Below are positions 50,961 to 64,000 of a DNA stretch of 64,000 nt, piece after piece. Numbering within the stretch: the first letter of the stretch is position 1; each line of letters begins with the position of its first letter. This DNA is from Rhina ancylostomus (Eukaryota): assembly GCA_030265395.1 (NCBI GenBank), contig JARFYF010000052.1, positions 126,316,005 to 126,380,004 of the forward strand, in the 5' to 3' direction. Below the pieces are notes generated by a model. That model saw only the letters and a program-made list of their open reading frames with translations. It made no database searches and was not told where the DNA came from. Position numbers and translations under genes: made by a program.

Positions 50961-53900
50961 GAAAGCCAGAATAAATGTAGTTAATGATTGCTGCCATGTC
51001 GACATGGGTGAGCATTAACCCAATGAAGGCAGTTACTGCAAGTGAGCTGCACAGCTGAATTGTGGGGGTCTAATCCTATTTGAGTGTTGAAAGTTAAAAT
51101 TTAAATATAATGAAAATGGTTAATGAAGGACTATTTATCAGACCAACAGCTATCCCTGGCTGCTAGACCTTAACTGGGTGACAAAACTCCAGAGGATTTG
51201 CCAATAAGGACCTAGATGGGGAGACTGAGAATATTTCCAGTTGCTTGGTATGGATGAGTAGGGATACCAATACCCAACATTCTTACCACACATGTTGCTT
51301 CCAGTGCAGCTTTTACTCACAATACAAGTAGATAACCTGAGAAACAAAGGACTGCAGATGCTGGAATCTGTTGAAAAACTAGAGGAACTCAGTAGGCCAG
51401 ACCTGCCTGGCCTAATGAGTTCCTCCAGCATCATATATAACCTGAGATTTGTCTGTTTATAATNNNNNNNNNNNNNNNNNNNNNNNNNNNNNNNNNNNNN
51501 NNNNNNNNNNNNNNNNNTGATTTGTAGTCTTTTCTAATTCTGATGATCGTAGAAAAATTAGTGCACAGTATGGAGTCAGTAGAAATCTGGCCAAGATCAG
51601 AGGGGCAAAGTTCTTCACTCCACAAAGCTAAACACGTGAGTGTTGCCTGTCAGTACTCAGTATCTGATATTCAATTCCTCAACAGCTAATAGAGCCATGT
51701 GTTGGAGGCAAGTACAATTAGCTGCCAATGTTTTTGTTCATGTTTGGCATTACCGACCACTAATGAACTTCTCCCTCCCCTGTATTACACAATCCGATTA
51801 CATATTCACATACCAATGAAAGAGCATTGTGTATTGTGCAGGCATAAGGACAAGCTTTCATAAAGATCAGATATCAGTTACTGGGCAAGGGGGTGAGGGA
51901 GGGCAGGGGAAGAATTACGATCGTAACCATATGTGTCCAATATTAATAGGAATGATGCTGGAAAGAAATGCGTGGAATGATGTGTTTAGTACCCTCTACA
52001 TTCCAGACTTTACTGAGAATTTCAGACAGCAAATAATTCACGATGGTGACAAAAAAAGGTAGGTTGTGCACCATCTGGGGTGTTACCTTCACGAATGGAT
52101 TAAAAGCAAGGGTTTAAAAGAGAAGGGTGAATGGGGATCATGGAGGACTTGAAGCCAGCCAGGATCAGTGCCTGAAGAAGAAGGAACACTGCAGATTTGA
52201 ATGAAGATTTTACCAGACAGACCCCAGAAAGAGAAAAAAATTAATCCCCGATTCCTATCAAATTAGTTCAAGTAAAAGGAATGTTACAATCAGCTTTGAG
52301 TACTCGGTAATTAGCTGTGGCAGCTGTGGCTGGACAGTAGGCAGGAGTTGCAGCTGTTTGTACTCTCATCATTTAACAATGGTCACAAAAGCCCAGCCCT
52401 CCTTATGCAATTTAATGCACTTTTAACAGCTTTTCAAATAAGGAATATATCTGTCACTGAGGCATTTGTTCAAACAGCTTGCTAACTATTTTCTGAAATA
52501 CTTCATCTAACCTGTGATGAATGGCTTTTCAGCAAAGCAAGCTTCCTGAAAGAAAAGTATCCTGCCTTTTACAGATCATTTAATGTGATGAACAGATAGG
52601 CAAAGGTCTTTCAAACAAAGGCACCAGGTGACCTTAAAGAGCTAAAAGCAAGAGAAGACTTTCACAAATAGCTGAGTCCCATTTTACGCACTGACAGTAA
52701 ACAAATAGACTTTAGATGAATTAAGACATGATAACTCAGTGGTTTTGATGTACCATTTAAATTAACATTTACCTCTTATAATCTTCTTTCAATAAAGTAG
52801 GTATTGACTAATTCCATAGTTGGTAATGGGTTCCATGAATTGGACAAAAGGTCTTCAACCTGAATCATAAAGTCTTTTGCTTTCCACAGATGATGCCACT
52901 TTTGAGTGTTTCTAGTACTTTTTGTTTTTTTTCAATAGGTAGCTGGTTCCACTTAAAGCTGCAGGTTTCGGGAGTGGCTGATTGGTTCCATGGGTCATTT
53001 TCCATTACAAAAAAACAGTCTAGCAAATACGTCTCTCCACCATTACCATAAAGCCAGATGACCAATTCTGCTTCAGTGAGGAATGTAAACTAGAATTCAT
53101 GGAGTAGCAGGAATATACTAAAATATGTCCCAACTTGGTGAAGCTACAACACAAGGCTGCACACACATGAAAGCTAAATAATCTCTCATCGTGCAGACCA
53201 GGTCAGAGCTAACTCTATCTTCCATAAACAATGGTGAGCAATTAATGGAAGGGATATACTCATATGCCAGAATCCAACATATAAATGTTAAAGGACAGGG
53301 CTTATGAAATTTTCCAACATGTTTGGCTGGAAGCACTAAATGGAAGATTATTCCTTAAATTACTAGCATCATATATGCCAGCATATTATTTTCACTCAAT
53401 GCAACATAAAGGTTGCCTGAGTGTGGCCCAAGAACATTCCAACTGAAGTGATTGAAGACAAGAATTATCCACACCCCAAGTGTGTCACGCTGCAATGGAA
53501 ACCCACAAGATTAGTATGACAGCTTCCACTGTGGCACACATACTCAGTTGACAGGCATCTTGGTTTAGGAGGCATCTAGGAAGGCATATCACTCCAGCAC
53601 TTTTCTCCACTTTTAAAATGGTGCCAAATGTGAAGGATTCAAGGCTTTCAGATGGAGAAGCTGTGATTACAAGCACTGAAGAGAAAAAGCTTCAAGGATT
53701 GTCTTAAAACCGCCATGAAAAGTAGCATGGGAATCCCTGGTCCTTGAGCGATCCTAATTAAGAAGAAGCATCTGGGAAGGCACTAAGAAGCTTGAGTCTC
53801 TTCACCTGGAGCACACTGAAGCCTGGTGAAAATGACAGAAGGAATGTACCAACTCCCATTTTCCCATCCACCCGATTATTTACTGCTGCACCTGTGACAG

Positions 53901-54660
53901 AGTCAGTGGATCCCACACTAGCCTCATCAGTCACCAGAACCCACGCAACTGGAATGGAAACAAGTCATTCAATCCTGAACAAATTATAAGAATGATATCG
54001 AGAGCCTGCTAAAGAGGAAATCCCAGGGGTTGTGTTCTGACCTGATTAAGCCCAGTTAACTGTACAAATCAATGCTTTAACAGGTAAAGGTAGGAAAATT
54101 CTGAGTCGTTTCTGCACATTAAGCTTAGAGTTGTCTTGTGCACAATTGTGGGGCTCAAACACTTGCACCTTAACAATATCTGACTCTGGACTAGGTAAAT
54201 GGTTTATGTCCCTATGTGAAGACTTGAGATGTCTCAGTCATTTTCTGGTTTGGAGATACTTTAAAGCATTGATGAGTTTCCACAGGTCTGTCACTTGTCT
54301 GAGCATACACTATTGTTAACCATTTCTTGGCTTGACAGGAACTGGTGAAGAGTTCCCGATTTTGAAAAAAGCGATATGGAGAGAAAGGTCAAAAAAAATC
54401 ATGAAGAAGTTTATTAAAATGGTGCCAAGTGTGAAAGGCTTAAGACTTTCAGACAGTAAATCTGCAGCAAGCAGTGGAGTTATCAGGTACCAACATCAAA
54501 GTAAAGGCTGCTGTGAGGTGATCAGAGGAGCCACCACAATGTTAACTATTAGATGGAGATNNNNNNNNNNNNNNNNNNNNNNNNNNNNNNNNNNNNNNNN
54601 NNNNNNNNNNNNNNNNNNNNNNNNNNNNNNNNNNNNNNNNNNNNNNNNNNNNNNNNNNNN

Positions 54661-55212
54661 CAGATGTGCTGTTGAAAGTATCCTGACTGTTTGCACCATG
54701 GTCTGGTACAGCAATTTAAATGCACAGGAACATAAGAAGCTGCAGAGAGTAGTGGACTCACCCAATACCTCACAGGCACATCCCTCCCCCACCATCAGTA
54801 GTATCTACATGAGGTCCTGCCTCAAGAAGGCAACATCTATCATCAACGATTCCCACCATTCGGGCCATGCTATCTTCTCGCAGCTCCCATTGGGCAGGAG
54901 GTACAGAAGCCTGAAGTCCCACACCACCAGGTTCAGGAACAGTTACTTCCCTTCAGTCATTCGGTACTTGAACCAACCCTGATCACCTCCTCAGTAATAG
55001 CAACACTATGACCACGTTGCACTACAATGGACTTTTTTTGTTCTAATTGCATTCTTTCTTGTAAAAAATTCTGTGTAATTTATGTTTAACTTTATCTTTT
55101 TCTTATGAATGTTGTGTATCTGATACAATGTGCCTGTGATGCTGTTGCAAGTAAGTTTTTCATTGCAGCTGTGCATACATGTGCATATGACAATAAAATC
55201 AACTTTGACTTA
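54661..55212 (+). mobile_element. Rex1/Babar-like LINE 3' end
   Basis: RCAVESILTVCTMVWY..LQRVV..GRRYRSLKSHTTRFRNSYFPSVIR; tail tgacaataaaatcaactttgactt. Confidence 0.88.
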
Positions 55213-55372
55213 TTGCACAATTAAGGCAACGAAAGGTTGGGACTAAAGTATGCAAGTATGAGATTTTTTAATGCAAGTAATACTTGAGTCCTGCTATGGT
55301 ATTTACGTTTTGTACTGAGCTAGGTAAAGGTGATTTTTTTTGTTCTTGAACCTGTAGCTAGAATGCACTCAC

Positions 55373-55475
55373 CGTCAGTAAAAGGTTCCCATTCGTAATA
55401 CTTTCCCGTAAAAGCTTTGTCATTGTAAGCTGAACACTGCACCTCTCGAAAGTCTCGACTCCCTTCTGGGCAGGG
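55373..55475 (-). CDS. THSD4/ADAMTSL4-subfamily 103-bp exon (end of TSP1, start of cysteine-rich domain)
   Basis: Acceptor ttttgtctatgacag, then [34 protein letters not shown]+G, then donor gtgagt. Phase 0 to phase 1. Too short for the ORF track; read by hand. Confidence 0.95.
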
Positions 55476-56134
55476 CTGTCATAGACAAAACAAAAGAAAA
55501 ATCATTAACTTTTATGGAGCTTGGTTATTGTAGATCTATTTCATAAATTAGATGTTATTACACAACACGCTTTGTACTGGACCTCTCTGAGGTACACTGA
55601 AAAAAATAAGTGATATTGTTANNNNNNNNNNNNNNNNNNNNNNNNAATTTATACACTGCAGAAAAAGTGCATTGTAACCAGGGATGCACTTGGCGGTGAG
55701 TAATGAAATGCAGTATCTACTTTTACAATTGATATATCGGCTGTTTTCCTTTGCAAAGAATTACAAAGCTGTGAGGGTTGCAGTGATAGTTTCATTCAAC
55801 AATTTTCCTTTAACCTTGCACCAAGGGCATATTATTTGTCTTCAAACAGCTGCTTGTTTGAAAAAATCAGGTGTCTCATACTTTTGCCAGTGAAGAACTT
55901 GGTAGAAGCTTAGGTACAATACAAAGGCAATAGTCCCTGACCCTCATTCCCCCTTAACAAGGATCTGGGCTTGGATAGAAAGTCCCAGACTGAACTATAA
56001 GAAGTTTCTTTTTTTAAAATATTAGTCCTATAAATTACAACAGGCATCATATTAACACAGTTTTAAACCATGTATTCACTTCCTGTTACAGAAAATAGAA
56101 CAATAACCAAGAATGATGTCTTTTCAAGAAAATA

Positions 56135-56440
56135 TGAATTGCCTTTAAATAATGCCTTCTGTATCATTAGGAGGTCCTAAAGTACAAATTGCACTTTAGT
56201 GTAGACACTGTTGTTATGTAGGAAATATGGTAGCCAACTTACACTCAATATGTCCCACAAACACCACAGACATGAGTAACTAGCCAACGATAATCTACTT
56301 TTGGTAGGTCGAATGAGGAATATTTCCCTGGATGCCAAAAGAATTCCTTCCCCTCCGTCTTCAAAGAAAATGTCAACATTAGTGTTTGCACCTGGATTTT
56401 TTTTTGGATCACTCTGTGTAAGACATTGTGCACATAACAG
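56135..56440 (-). mobile_element. SacSINE1-related old SINE
   Basis: gacactgttgttatgtaggaaatatggtagccaacttacac is the reverse of the Deu-SINE 3' region. Confidence 0.55.
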
Positions 56441-59400
56441 GCATCAATCGGACCCTTTTCTCAGTTACATAAGTTAATTTTGGAAAAAGTACACACCATG
56501 GTAAATACACCTGCAGCATTAACACTAAGCCTGCAGCACTTAAAGTGGGTAGATGTTACTGGACTGCTTGCAGAGAGTTTAGTAGAGTGGCGAGGTAGAC
56601 ATAGGAGAGGGGACCTATTTTGCCAATGCTTATGTGGAGACCCAGAGAGTTATGCATGAGATCTTCCAAAAATCACAGAAGGCTTTACATAATAATTAAT
56701 AGAAACCTTCATTTATCTCTTCAATGTCTACTCTAATGGACCTCTAAACCAGGAGGCCAGTATCAATATATCACTTCAAGTAGCACAAAAGCAGTTTGCT
56801 TCCTGTCAATAAGATCAAGATGCCAAATGTGTCTGGTGTATGGTTGGCATCACTGTTGCACACCTAATGTGCCTCAGGCACATGCACGATACAAAATGTT
56901 GATTGTGAGTTGCAGTCATGTTTGTATAAGAACGATGATCTCCAGCAAAAATACATATGCTACATTAATGAATTCCCAGGCCAGTAAGTGCAACAATATA
57001 GAATTTAGTGTACAATCCTGAAACCTGGATTATAGGCTCAAATGACATTCAAATCAATGATTTTCTTTTTCCCTTATGGATAAATGTTCTACCAATTGAG
57101 CCAAAGTGGTAAATTGGCTGATGATTCTATTATTCATAATTGTATGGTATAAAGTAATATCTTTGGTATTATAATATGCTTAAAATAATGATTTATTTAG
57201 CTAATGATGATTCTGCTCTAGAGTAATCAGAACCACAGGTTCCATACAGACAGGATACTTTATGGAAAGATGGAGCAGTAAATGACCCAGGCAGAAATAT
57301 AACATCTACAAAGACATCACAGCAAATATCTCAAAATTCTTCTGGAATGTAATCTTCAAGTACTGAAGATATGTTCTATGTTACCACTAATGACAGAGAA
57401 GCAAGGTTGAGGTATTTTAGAGCCCATTTCTTCTGGATTAATAAACAAGTCTCAACGATGGTCATCTCTATTTTTTTGTATGCCATATGGCAAGCATATC
57501 AATGAGATGAAGGTTCAGAAGAACAGTGAGTGATGGCATGGCTTGTGCTAATGGGAAGGGTTCAGCTTCTTGGCACCACAAAGGGGATCTGCTAATAATC
57601 TATGATGGCAGTGTCAAAAGGATGAATGTAACCTGATCCAAAATGGCATCAATGACCTTGCAGAAAGCTAAGAAGGAAGACTGGCGTAGCATGGGAAGAA
57701 GAGAAAGAGCACAGCTTGTGAGTATAGAGGGATGGCAGAATCAGTTAAAGTGTTCTAGTGTAGTCAAGAACGTTCTGAACTTGTTGACTACACATTGAGG
57801 TTGACTTCTCAAAGATCCAGTTTTCTGGCTGTTACACAGTGAAATCTGTCCACTGAAACATTGCCAGTTTAGACTTGGTGAAAATTGGAGAGAATTGGCT
57901 GCAAGTCAATACTTTTTAAATTAACTCAGTTAATTTAAAAGGTATTTAATTATGTTTAAGTGCTTTCTAATGTTTTAAGTAATTTGCTTTAAATTTTTTA
58001 TAATGTTTATCATTCCTTAGTTTTTAATAGTCTTAAATATTTTTGAATCTTTGTGGGTCATAAAATTCTCAAACATTTAATCTACTCGACAGCTGTTCTG
58101 CCTGGGTGCGTGCCTTGGCTAGATGTTGAAGCACCTCCATGGGAATTAAAGTTCTCAAGCCCTCCACTGCATAGTTCCTCGCTGAGCAGTCAAAGCAAGC
58201 TTCCTGGACCATATTGTCACCGGAATATCCTATCCAAGTGCAGACCTAATGGTTAGGGAGTCAGTGAGCCTGAGTAGTCCTCAGCTCCCAGGAAATTCAA
58301 TGGCCATATTATCAGAAGCAAAAAAGAGTCTTGAGGTGGAGAGGATTTAGCAGTCTAGCAACTCGTTTGCTCATGAGCATGACATTGCAAACATTATCCG
58401 AGAGTTAGAACCATGAACAACTATGGTAGGAAATGAAAGGGAATCAAAATAGAGATGTGCTTAGATTGAAAAGTTAATATACCTACAACAGTTTTAGGAT
58501 ATACAGAACCAGGCAAAGTGGAAGTATTAATAAGCAATTCAATAACACTGGTAATAAAGATATTCTGGCAATTGCATTAAATCAATCTGGTTAAAATTAG
58601 GTGATAGGAAGGGTAAAAGTATAACAGATAACTTCTCAGTATGTATTATAGGTTGCCAAACTGTGGGGATTAGTCAGTACAGTGGTTGGAATTGAAACAG
58701 TGGGACAATTTGGCAAATTAAGCAAAGTTGTTTTCACCATCCCAGGCTAGGACTGAGATTAACATACCACTTGTGGGAAACACATTCAAGATTCCAGCTG
58801 GTGTTGCTTCCCACAAGGGGAAAGAAGTCTTGTTTTCATAATTCATTTGGTTCGAGTAAATTACGAAGGCCTATTAGATTAGATTAGATCAATTAACTGA
58901 TCTAATAGGGAAAGACTGGAAATGAATCAATGTAACAATGTTCAGTTCAATGTGAAAACTGCAAAAAAAAAATGAAAGGACAGAAGTTGGAAATGTGACA
59001 AAATTAGTGAGATAAAAAAGGACAGGGCCCAATTAATCAGACAGTAGAGTCAGCAGACGGACATCTTCATTTTTAGCAATGATGGAGTATAATGGTCTAA
59101 AATGATAAAGTGTTGTGACAAATATGTTAAAACCAAACTGAAACTTTTAAGGGGGTGTAGATAATAAATCCGGGGCTAAATACTCCAAGGAAAAATTTCA
59201 GGTTCCAGAATAGTCTAAAACAGAAAGGGAGAGAAGAAGTGAAAGGGATGACAAATGAATCTAACTGATGAACGAGAAGGAAATAGTGTCAACGTTTATC
59301 TGAACATGCAAAACTACATAAAAAGTAGAAGAGCCATTAAAACTTAGCTATCTGTTCACAGATAAAGAATTAAATTTCATCTTAGAGAATGGCAGAGGAT

Positions 59401-59651
59401 TTAAATTTAATGTTATTTTCTCAATAATGTGAAGTAAGAATACATTTGGTGGGTGGAAAGGGGAGTTATTGGAAACATCTATATAATAAAAGGAATTGCT
59501 TTTGGAAAAAAAAGNNNNNNNNNNNNNNNNNNNNNNNNNNNNNNNNNNNNNNNNNNNNNNNNNNNNNNNNNNNNNNNNNNNNNNNNNNNNNNNNNNNNNN
59601 NNNNNNNNNNNNNNAAAAGGAATTGCTTTTGGAAAAAAAAGACGAGGGATA

Positions 59652-59770
59652 AGGTAGACATGCCCATGGTGTCCCAGTCATAAGTACCACTGGTGGATAT
59701 GCTCCCGGGTCCCAATAACAAGTACTGCTGGTGGATGTGTCACCGGGTCTCGGTCCCAAATACTAGTGCT
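59652..59770. repeat. ~38-bp tandem repeat, about 3 copies
   Basis: ggtggatatgctcccgggtcccaataacaagtactgct and flanking variants. Confidence 0.65.
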
Positions 59771-59979
59771 GTGAGCTCACACATCGAGAAGGTTGCCTTC
59801 TGTTTCCTATGGGAGTTATCCAGAGTTGAGAGAGTTGTCTGTGGACTATCTCTGATCGCATTCTCATTCCCCAGAGAAAACAGTTTCAGTTGGGACAACT
59901 AGAGAAATATGGATGTCAAAGGGACAGACTCCCAACTGAGATACAACCAAAATAGATTCTCTTCCTTTTTATATCTGGT

Positions 59980-60390
59980 ATTATTATCATTCTCCTCACA
60001 AAAAGCTTGACCCCGACCTGATAAACCAACAGCCCCTCTCCATCCTACCTCACTTTTTCAAAGTGTATGGGGATGGTGTTATCACATTCAAATCCACATT
60101 TGGATCACATCGATCAAGTTATTGCTGCTGCTGTAGTTCAGAAAACATTTTTGTCAAAGTCACAAATTGGGTCTCCTGTGATTGTGTCAAAGGTTATCCA
60201 TCTCTCCTTGTCCTTCCTCAACCATCTGCAGCCTCTGATATCTCTGAACATCCCATCCTCTGGTGCTTCTCTACCAGTAATCCTGCAGGGTAGGACTGCA
60301 TTCTCCTGGCTCCATTCCTATCTGTTGCCTGCAGTGACTTTTCTTCTTGCCCTGTTACCTATCGGTTTCCCCCAGGGATCTACCCTTGTT
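59980..60390 (+). mobile_element. Decayed L2 RT fragment
   Basis: TAFSWLHSYL..GFPQGSTL. Confidence 0.7.
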
Positions 60391-60391
60391 T

Positions 60392-61100
60392 CATAGAACA
60401 TGAAACAGTACAGCACAGAAACAGACCCTTCAGCCCACAATGTCTGTGCCAAACGTGATGCCGAATTAAACTAAATCTCTTCCACCTGCACATGATCTAT
60501 ATCCCTTCATATTCATGTGTCTACCTATAAGCCTCTTAGGTGCCACTATCGTATCTGCTTCCACCAACACCCCTTGTAGTCTGTTCCAGGTACCTACCAC
60601 TCTCTGTGTAAAAATCTGGTCCGGTACATCTCCCTTAAACTTTCTCCCTCTCACCTTAAATGCATGTCCTCCGGTATTTGACATTTCTACCCTGGGAAAA
60701 AGATTCTGATGGTCTACTCTATCTATGTTCTGTAATGTTATTGTTTTTACCTGTACTACCTCAATGCACTCTGTACTAACTCAATGTAACCCGCACTGTG
60801 TAATGAATTGACCTGTACGATCGGTATGCAAGACAAGCTTTTCACTGTACCTCGGTACAAATGACAATAGTAAACCAATACCAATATACTCATAATTTTA
60901 TAAATTTCTTTCAGGTCTCCCCTCAGTCTCCATCACTCCAGAGAAAACTGAGGGTTAAAGTTTGTCCAACCTCTCTTTATTGCTCACACCCTCTAATCTA
61001 GGCAGCATCCTGGTAAATCTCTTTCCAAAGCTTCCATATCATTCCTGTTATGAGGCGACCAGAATTGCACACAATACTCCAAGTGCAGCTGGACCAGAGT
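60392..61100 (-). mobile_element. CR1 3' fragment with nested Rex1-type tail (about 60731-60888, plus strand)
   Basis: SNTGGHAFKVRGRKFKGD..FTQRVVGTWN; the insert matches 28545-28660. Confidence 0.85.
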
Positions 61101-61388
61101 TTTTTCTCCTGCTCCTCATCTAGTCCTAGGTGACAACATCGGAAAACATGCTCAACATGTGAGCTGACTACACACTGCTATCTTTCCCAACCTGTCCACA
61201 GTCCCTAAGTCATCAGAGTTCTTGACCAACAGCCAATACCAATGCTGTACCCTCCCCCCTCCCCATTTACCTTCCTCCACATACCTATACATTGCCTCAG
61301 CAACCATTTTATAAGCAACCATTTGATAATCATCCAGCAATAGAAATAAACCTTAAGAAATACAGCATGTGGCAATATTGGATCATAC

Positions 61389-61751
61389 CTGAGGGTTACA
61401 TGACCTGGACTGTCTGAAAGCACCAAGACAACTGAAACCCTGAGCTGTGGGACTCCTTGGGACTCTGGGCTGCTGTTGCTTTACCAGTCGCTCTGTCAGA
61501 GCTTGTCCATCAGTTTGAACTTGGGTTTCAGGTTGTGCCTGGAAAGGCTGCGGCCCACCCCTCTGCTGGAACACCGAAGCTTCGGTTTGAAGCTGAGAGG
61601 GCTGTCCCCAGTGACTCGATCTTAGCACTCTCATGCTTATCTGTTGCTGATATGAGCGGAATGAGTTTTCCTGGTCTGGGTCAGTGCGCTGGAAGCGTGA
61701 GGAAGTGCTTGGAAAAGAAGCTCCAGCCCTCAACCTCCTTGATCTCTCTGT
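61389..61751 (-). CDS. THSD4/ADAMTSL4-subfamily exon (5' boundary in or next to the N gap): Q/S/P-rich linker plus C-terminal half of the split first TSP1 repeat
   Basis: Open frame TERSRRLRAGASF...QGFSCLGAFRQSRSCNPQ ends at a phase-0 donor CAG|gtatga (61388-61383). It resembles THSD4 SCIGAYRQYKLCNTN (from memory) and joins the next exon in frame. Confidence 0.88.
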
Positions 61752-64000
61752 NNNNNNNNNNNNNNNNNNNNNNNNNNNNNGTTAATTTTAATCTGACAGG
61801 AAACTAACTAATTTACAAGTGAAGTAAATCTCCCTTGTCATAACATAGATGAGAATTAGGTTTAATGATTGCAAAACATCAATATTAACAATATTACTAT
61901 TAAGTAATGCCAAACTCTATACATTTTGAACATATTATTCCAAGAGCAGCGGGAAAGTTTCCCTCATCTCCAAGTTACAGGCACCGCCTTCATCAGTCTA
62001 CTATATCCTCTATAATACTCAAGTTCAAGTTTATTGTCATGGGCTTACATACCCAGGGTGTAAATGCCATGAAAATTAGCTTTTTGCAGCAGCAGCACAA
62101 TACATTACAAATGTGACAAACATAAATTACATAAACTTAAATTAACACAAATTATACATAACTTACATAACACAATAAACAAAAATAACAGAATGACATA
62201 GTGCATGTTGGGAGAATATTACACATCCCCTTTTGTGATCATCACCTTTTCTCTCACCATAAATAGAGCACCTTTCTCCACACTGTGTTGTGAACCATTC
62301 AATAATTCCATCCTCCCCATTACATGCCTCATACAACCTTTCCAAACCCTGTTAGGACTACCTGCTCTTAGCTCAGCTCAGCTGTGGCCATGCACTGGAA
62401 CTTTTCCACTTGATAGATTTTCAGTCTAAATATCAAGTTGACAACTGCAAGGTTAATAACTCCTGCAGAGAACTAAACGTAAGAATGCCCCACAATGCAG
62501 AATAGTCAGAAAATCCTTTTTTTTTTGGTTGGGAGGGTTGTGACCTCAAAAGCAACAGTTCCGCCTGCTCCCTACATGAAATGTGGCCCCAGAGGAAGAT
62601 AGGGGGAGGGGTCAGAGAGAGGGAGGCGGGAGGCCTGAGCTCATTGACAAGGAGGAGATGGGGACAATCACTAATGATGAAAAGTTAAGGAATGAACCTG
62701 AATGGAGAAGAGGGATGTTTCAGTCTCCCTAGTAGTGTCCCAGGTAAAATCAGGCTACTTAACCAACGCCAAAGCATGTCTCAAACCTCTAGATAAGACC
62801 AGCATCAATGTTTGAGGCCCACACTGTTTGCATCAAACTGGTTTGAATATCTAGGGATTCTGTATTCCAATTCATTCAAGCAATGCATTCTAAAGTTGTG
62901 TGACATGTCAGAATTTTAGGCCACAACATGAAACTAGCTTTCATGAAAAAAGTACCATAGATTTAATTCCACACCAGCAAAACTGTGTGAGGAATGTGTA
63001 ACATAAGTGAAGGTCAGTAATGCATCAACTCTGAAAGGGATCAAAGAATTAAATCACCAAACACAATGGGCCAAGTCGTGCCGCTGACCAGCCAGCAGTT
63101 CCACAGTGAACCATCAGCCTGAGGCAGTGCATGGTTCAGTTCGCCGCTGACTTCCATACCCGTGCATTGCAACACAAGTCAGGAAGAAGCCAGAGGTCAG
63201 ATGCCGGCTTATTTGACCTTCCACTCCATCAGTGGAGTGCAAAGTGAATCTACTGAGCAATGAAGCTGGATGGACATCACATCTGACCCCTCAGCTTTAT
63301 GACTGACATGGCTGGTGGATGTAAAGCCCCTCCTTATATCTGAGTAGTGCTACCAACCTAAATAGTAAAGTTAGATATAGGTAAGTTGTTTGTTTTTACT
63401 TATTTTTTAAATTAATTTCAAACATAGTATTTAAATTCTATCACTTAATTGTGTTTTAAGTACATTTATTTTAAATATTTTTAATAACGTTAAAAATGTA
63501 CATCTATTTCAATTTTTTTTTAAATGTCTCTGATCAGAAACATCTAAAAATTGTTAAAAAGGTGTGAAATGTCAAAAAGCCATCGGGGCAGGGTGTGGGG
63601 TAGGGTCTCAGGATCCTCCATGTGAAACCTGGTCACTGCTCACAGCAAAGAAGCCTGAAGTTCAGTGTGTTGAGAGGAGCTGTTTCAAAAACAATCTGTC
63701 CCAATGACGTATAGATACAAATACGGATATAGATACCCAGCACAGTGAGAAGGCAATTAGCCTATCAAGAGAGAACTATCCAATTAGACAGTTTGTCCAC
63801 AGCCCTGCAAATTTCTCTCTTTCCCATAAATCTAATTCAGTCTTGAGTTGCTAATGAATCTGCTTGCACCAACTGTTTGGCTGTGCATTCCAGAACATAA
63901 GACAGTGTAAAATAGTTTCCTCTCTGATTCCCACCCTTAGCCCCTGGATTTTTTAGCAATTACGTAAGATCTGTGACCTCTGGACACTGACTCTCCTGCC

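Noticed and set aside
8353-59640. Direct repeats on both sides of ~100-N gaps (about 8353/8470, 34079/34195, 44335/44453, 47156/47279, 59487/59615)
   Set aside because: Overlapping contig ends from scaffolding, not TSDs or real duplications.
61457-61807. Plus-strand ORF with signal-peptide-like start (MGLWAAVALP..)
   Set aside because: Antisense shadow of the real minus-strand exon; starts at TTG.

Overview
Eukaryotic genomic DNA, not prokaryotic. The repeat content (V-SINE/HE1-like SINEs, SacSINE1-like Deu-SINEs, CR1, L2, RTE, Rex1/Babar, Tx1 and Penelope fragments) suggests a cartilaginous fish; this is an inference. The window lies within one minus-strand gene of the THSD4 (ADAMTSL6)/ADAMTSL4 subfamily. 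Three consecutive exons are visible (61389-~61751, 55373-55475, 46130-46266) with compatible splice phases. I did not find the next expected exon (xxGCD..LGS..CGxCGGD) in 1-46129, so the intron appears to exceed 46 kb. The intronic DNA is mostly decayed retroelements, degenerate minisatellites and N gaps. The most notable items are a 64-nt hairpin whose mismatches become G·U pairs only on the gene's sense strand, Penelope-derived minimal hammerhead ribozyme motifs with fold-back elements, a solo LTR with a clean 5-bp TSD inside a SINE, and a phase-compatible 188-codon open frame. Repeat family names come from remembered consensus motifs, not database searches, and repeat boundaries are approximate. 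I found no firm evidence of a wholly new biological system.
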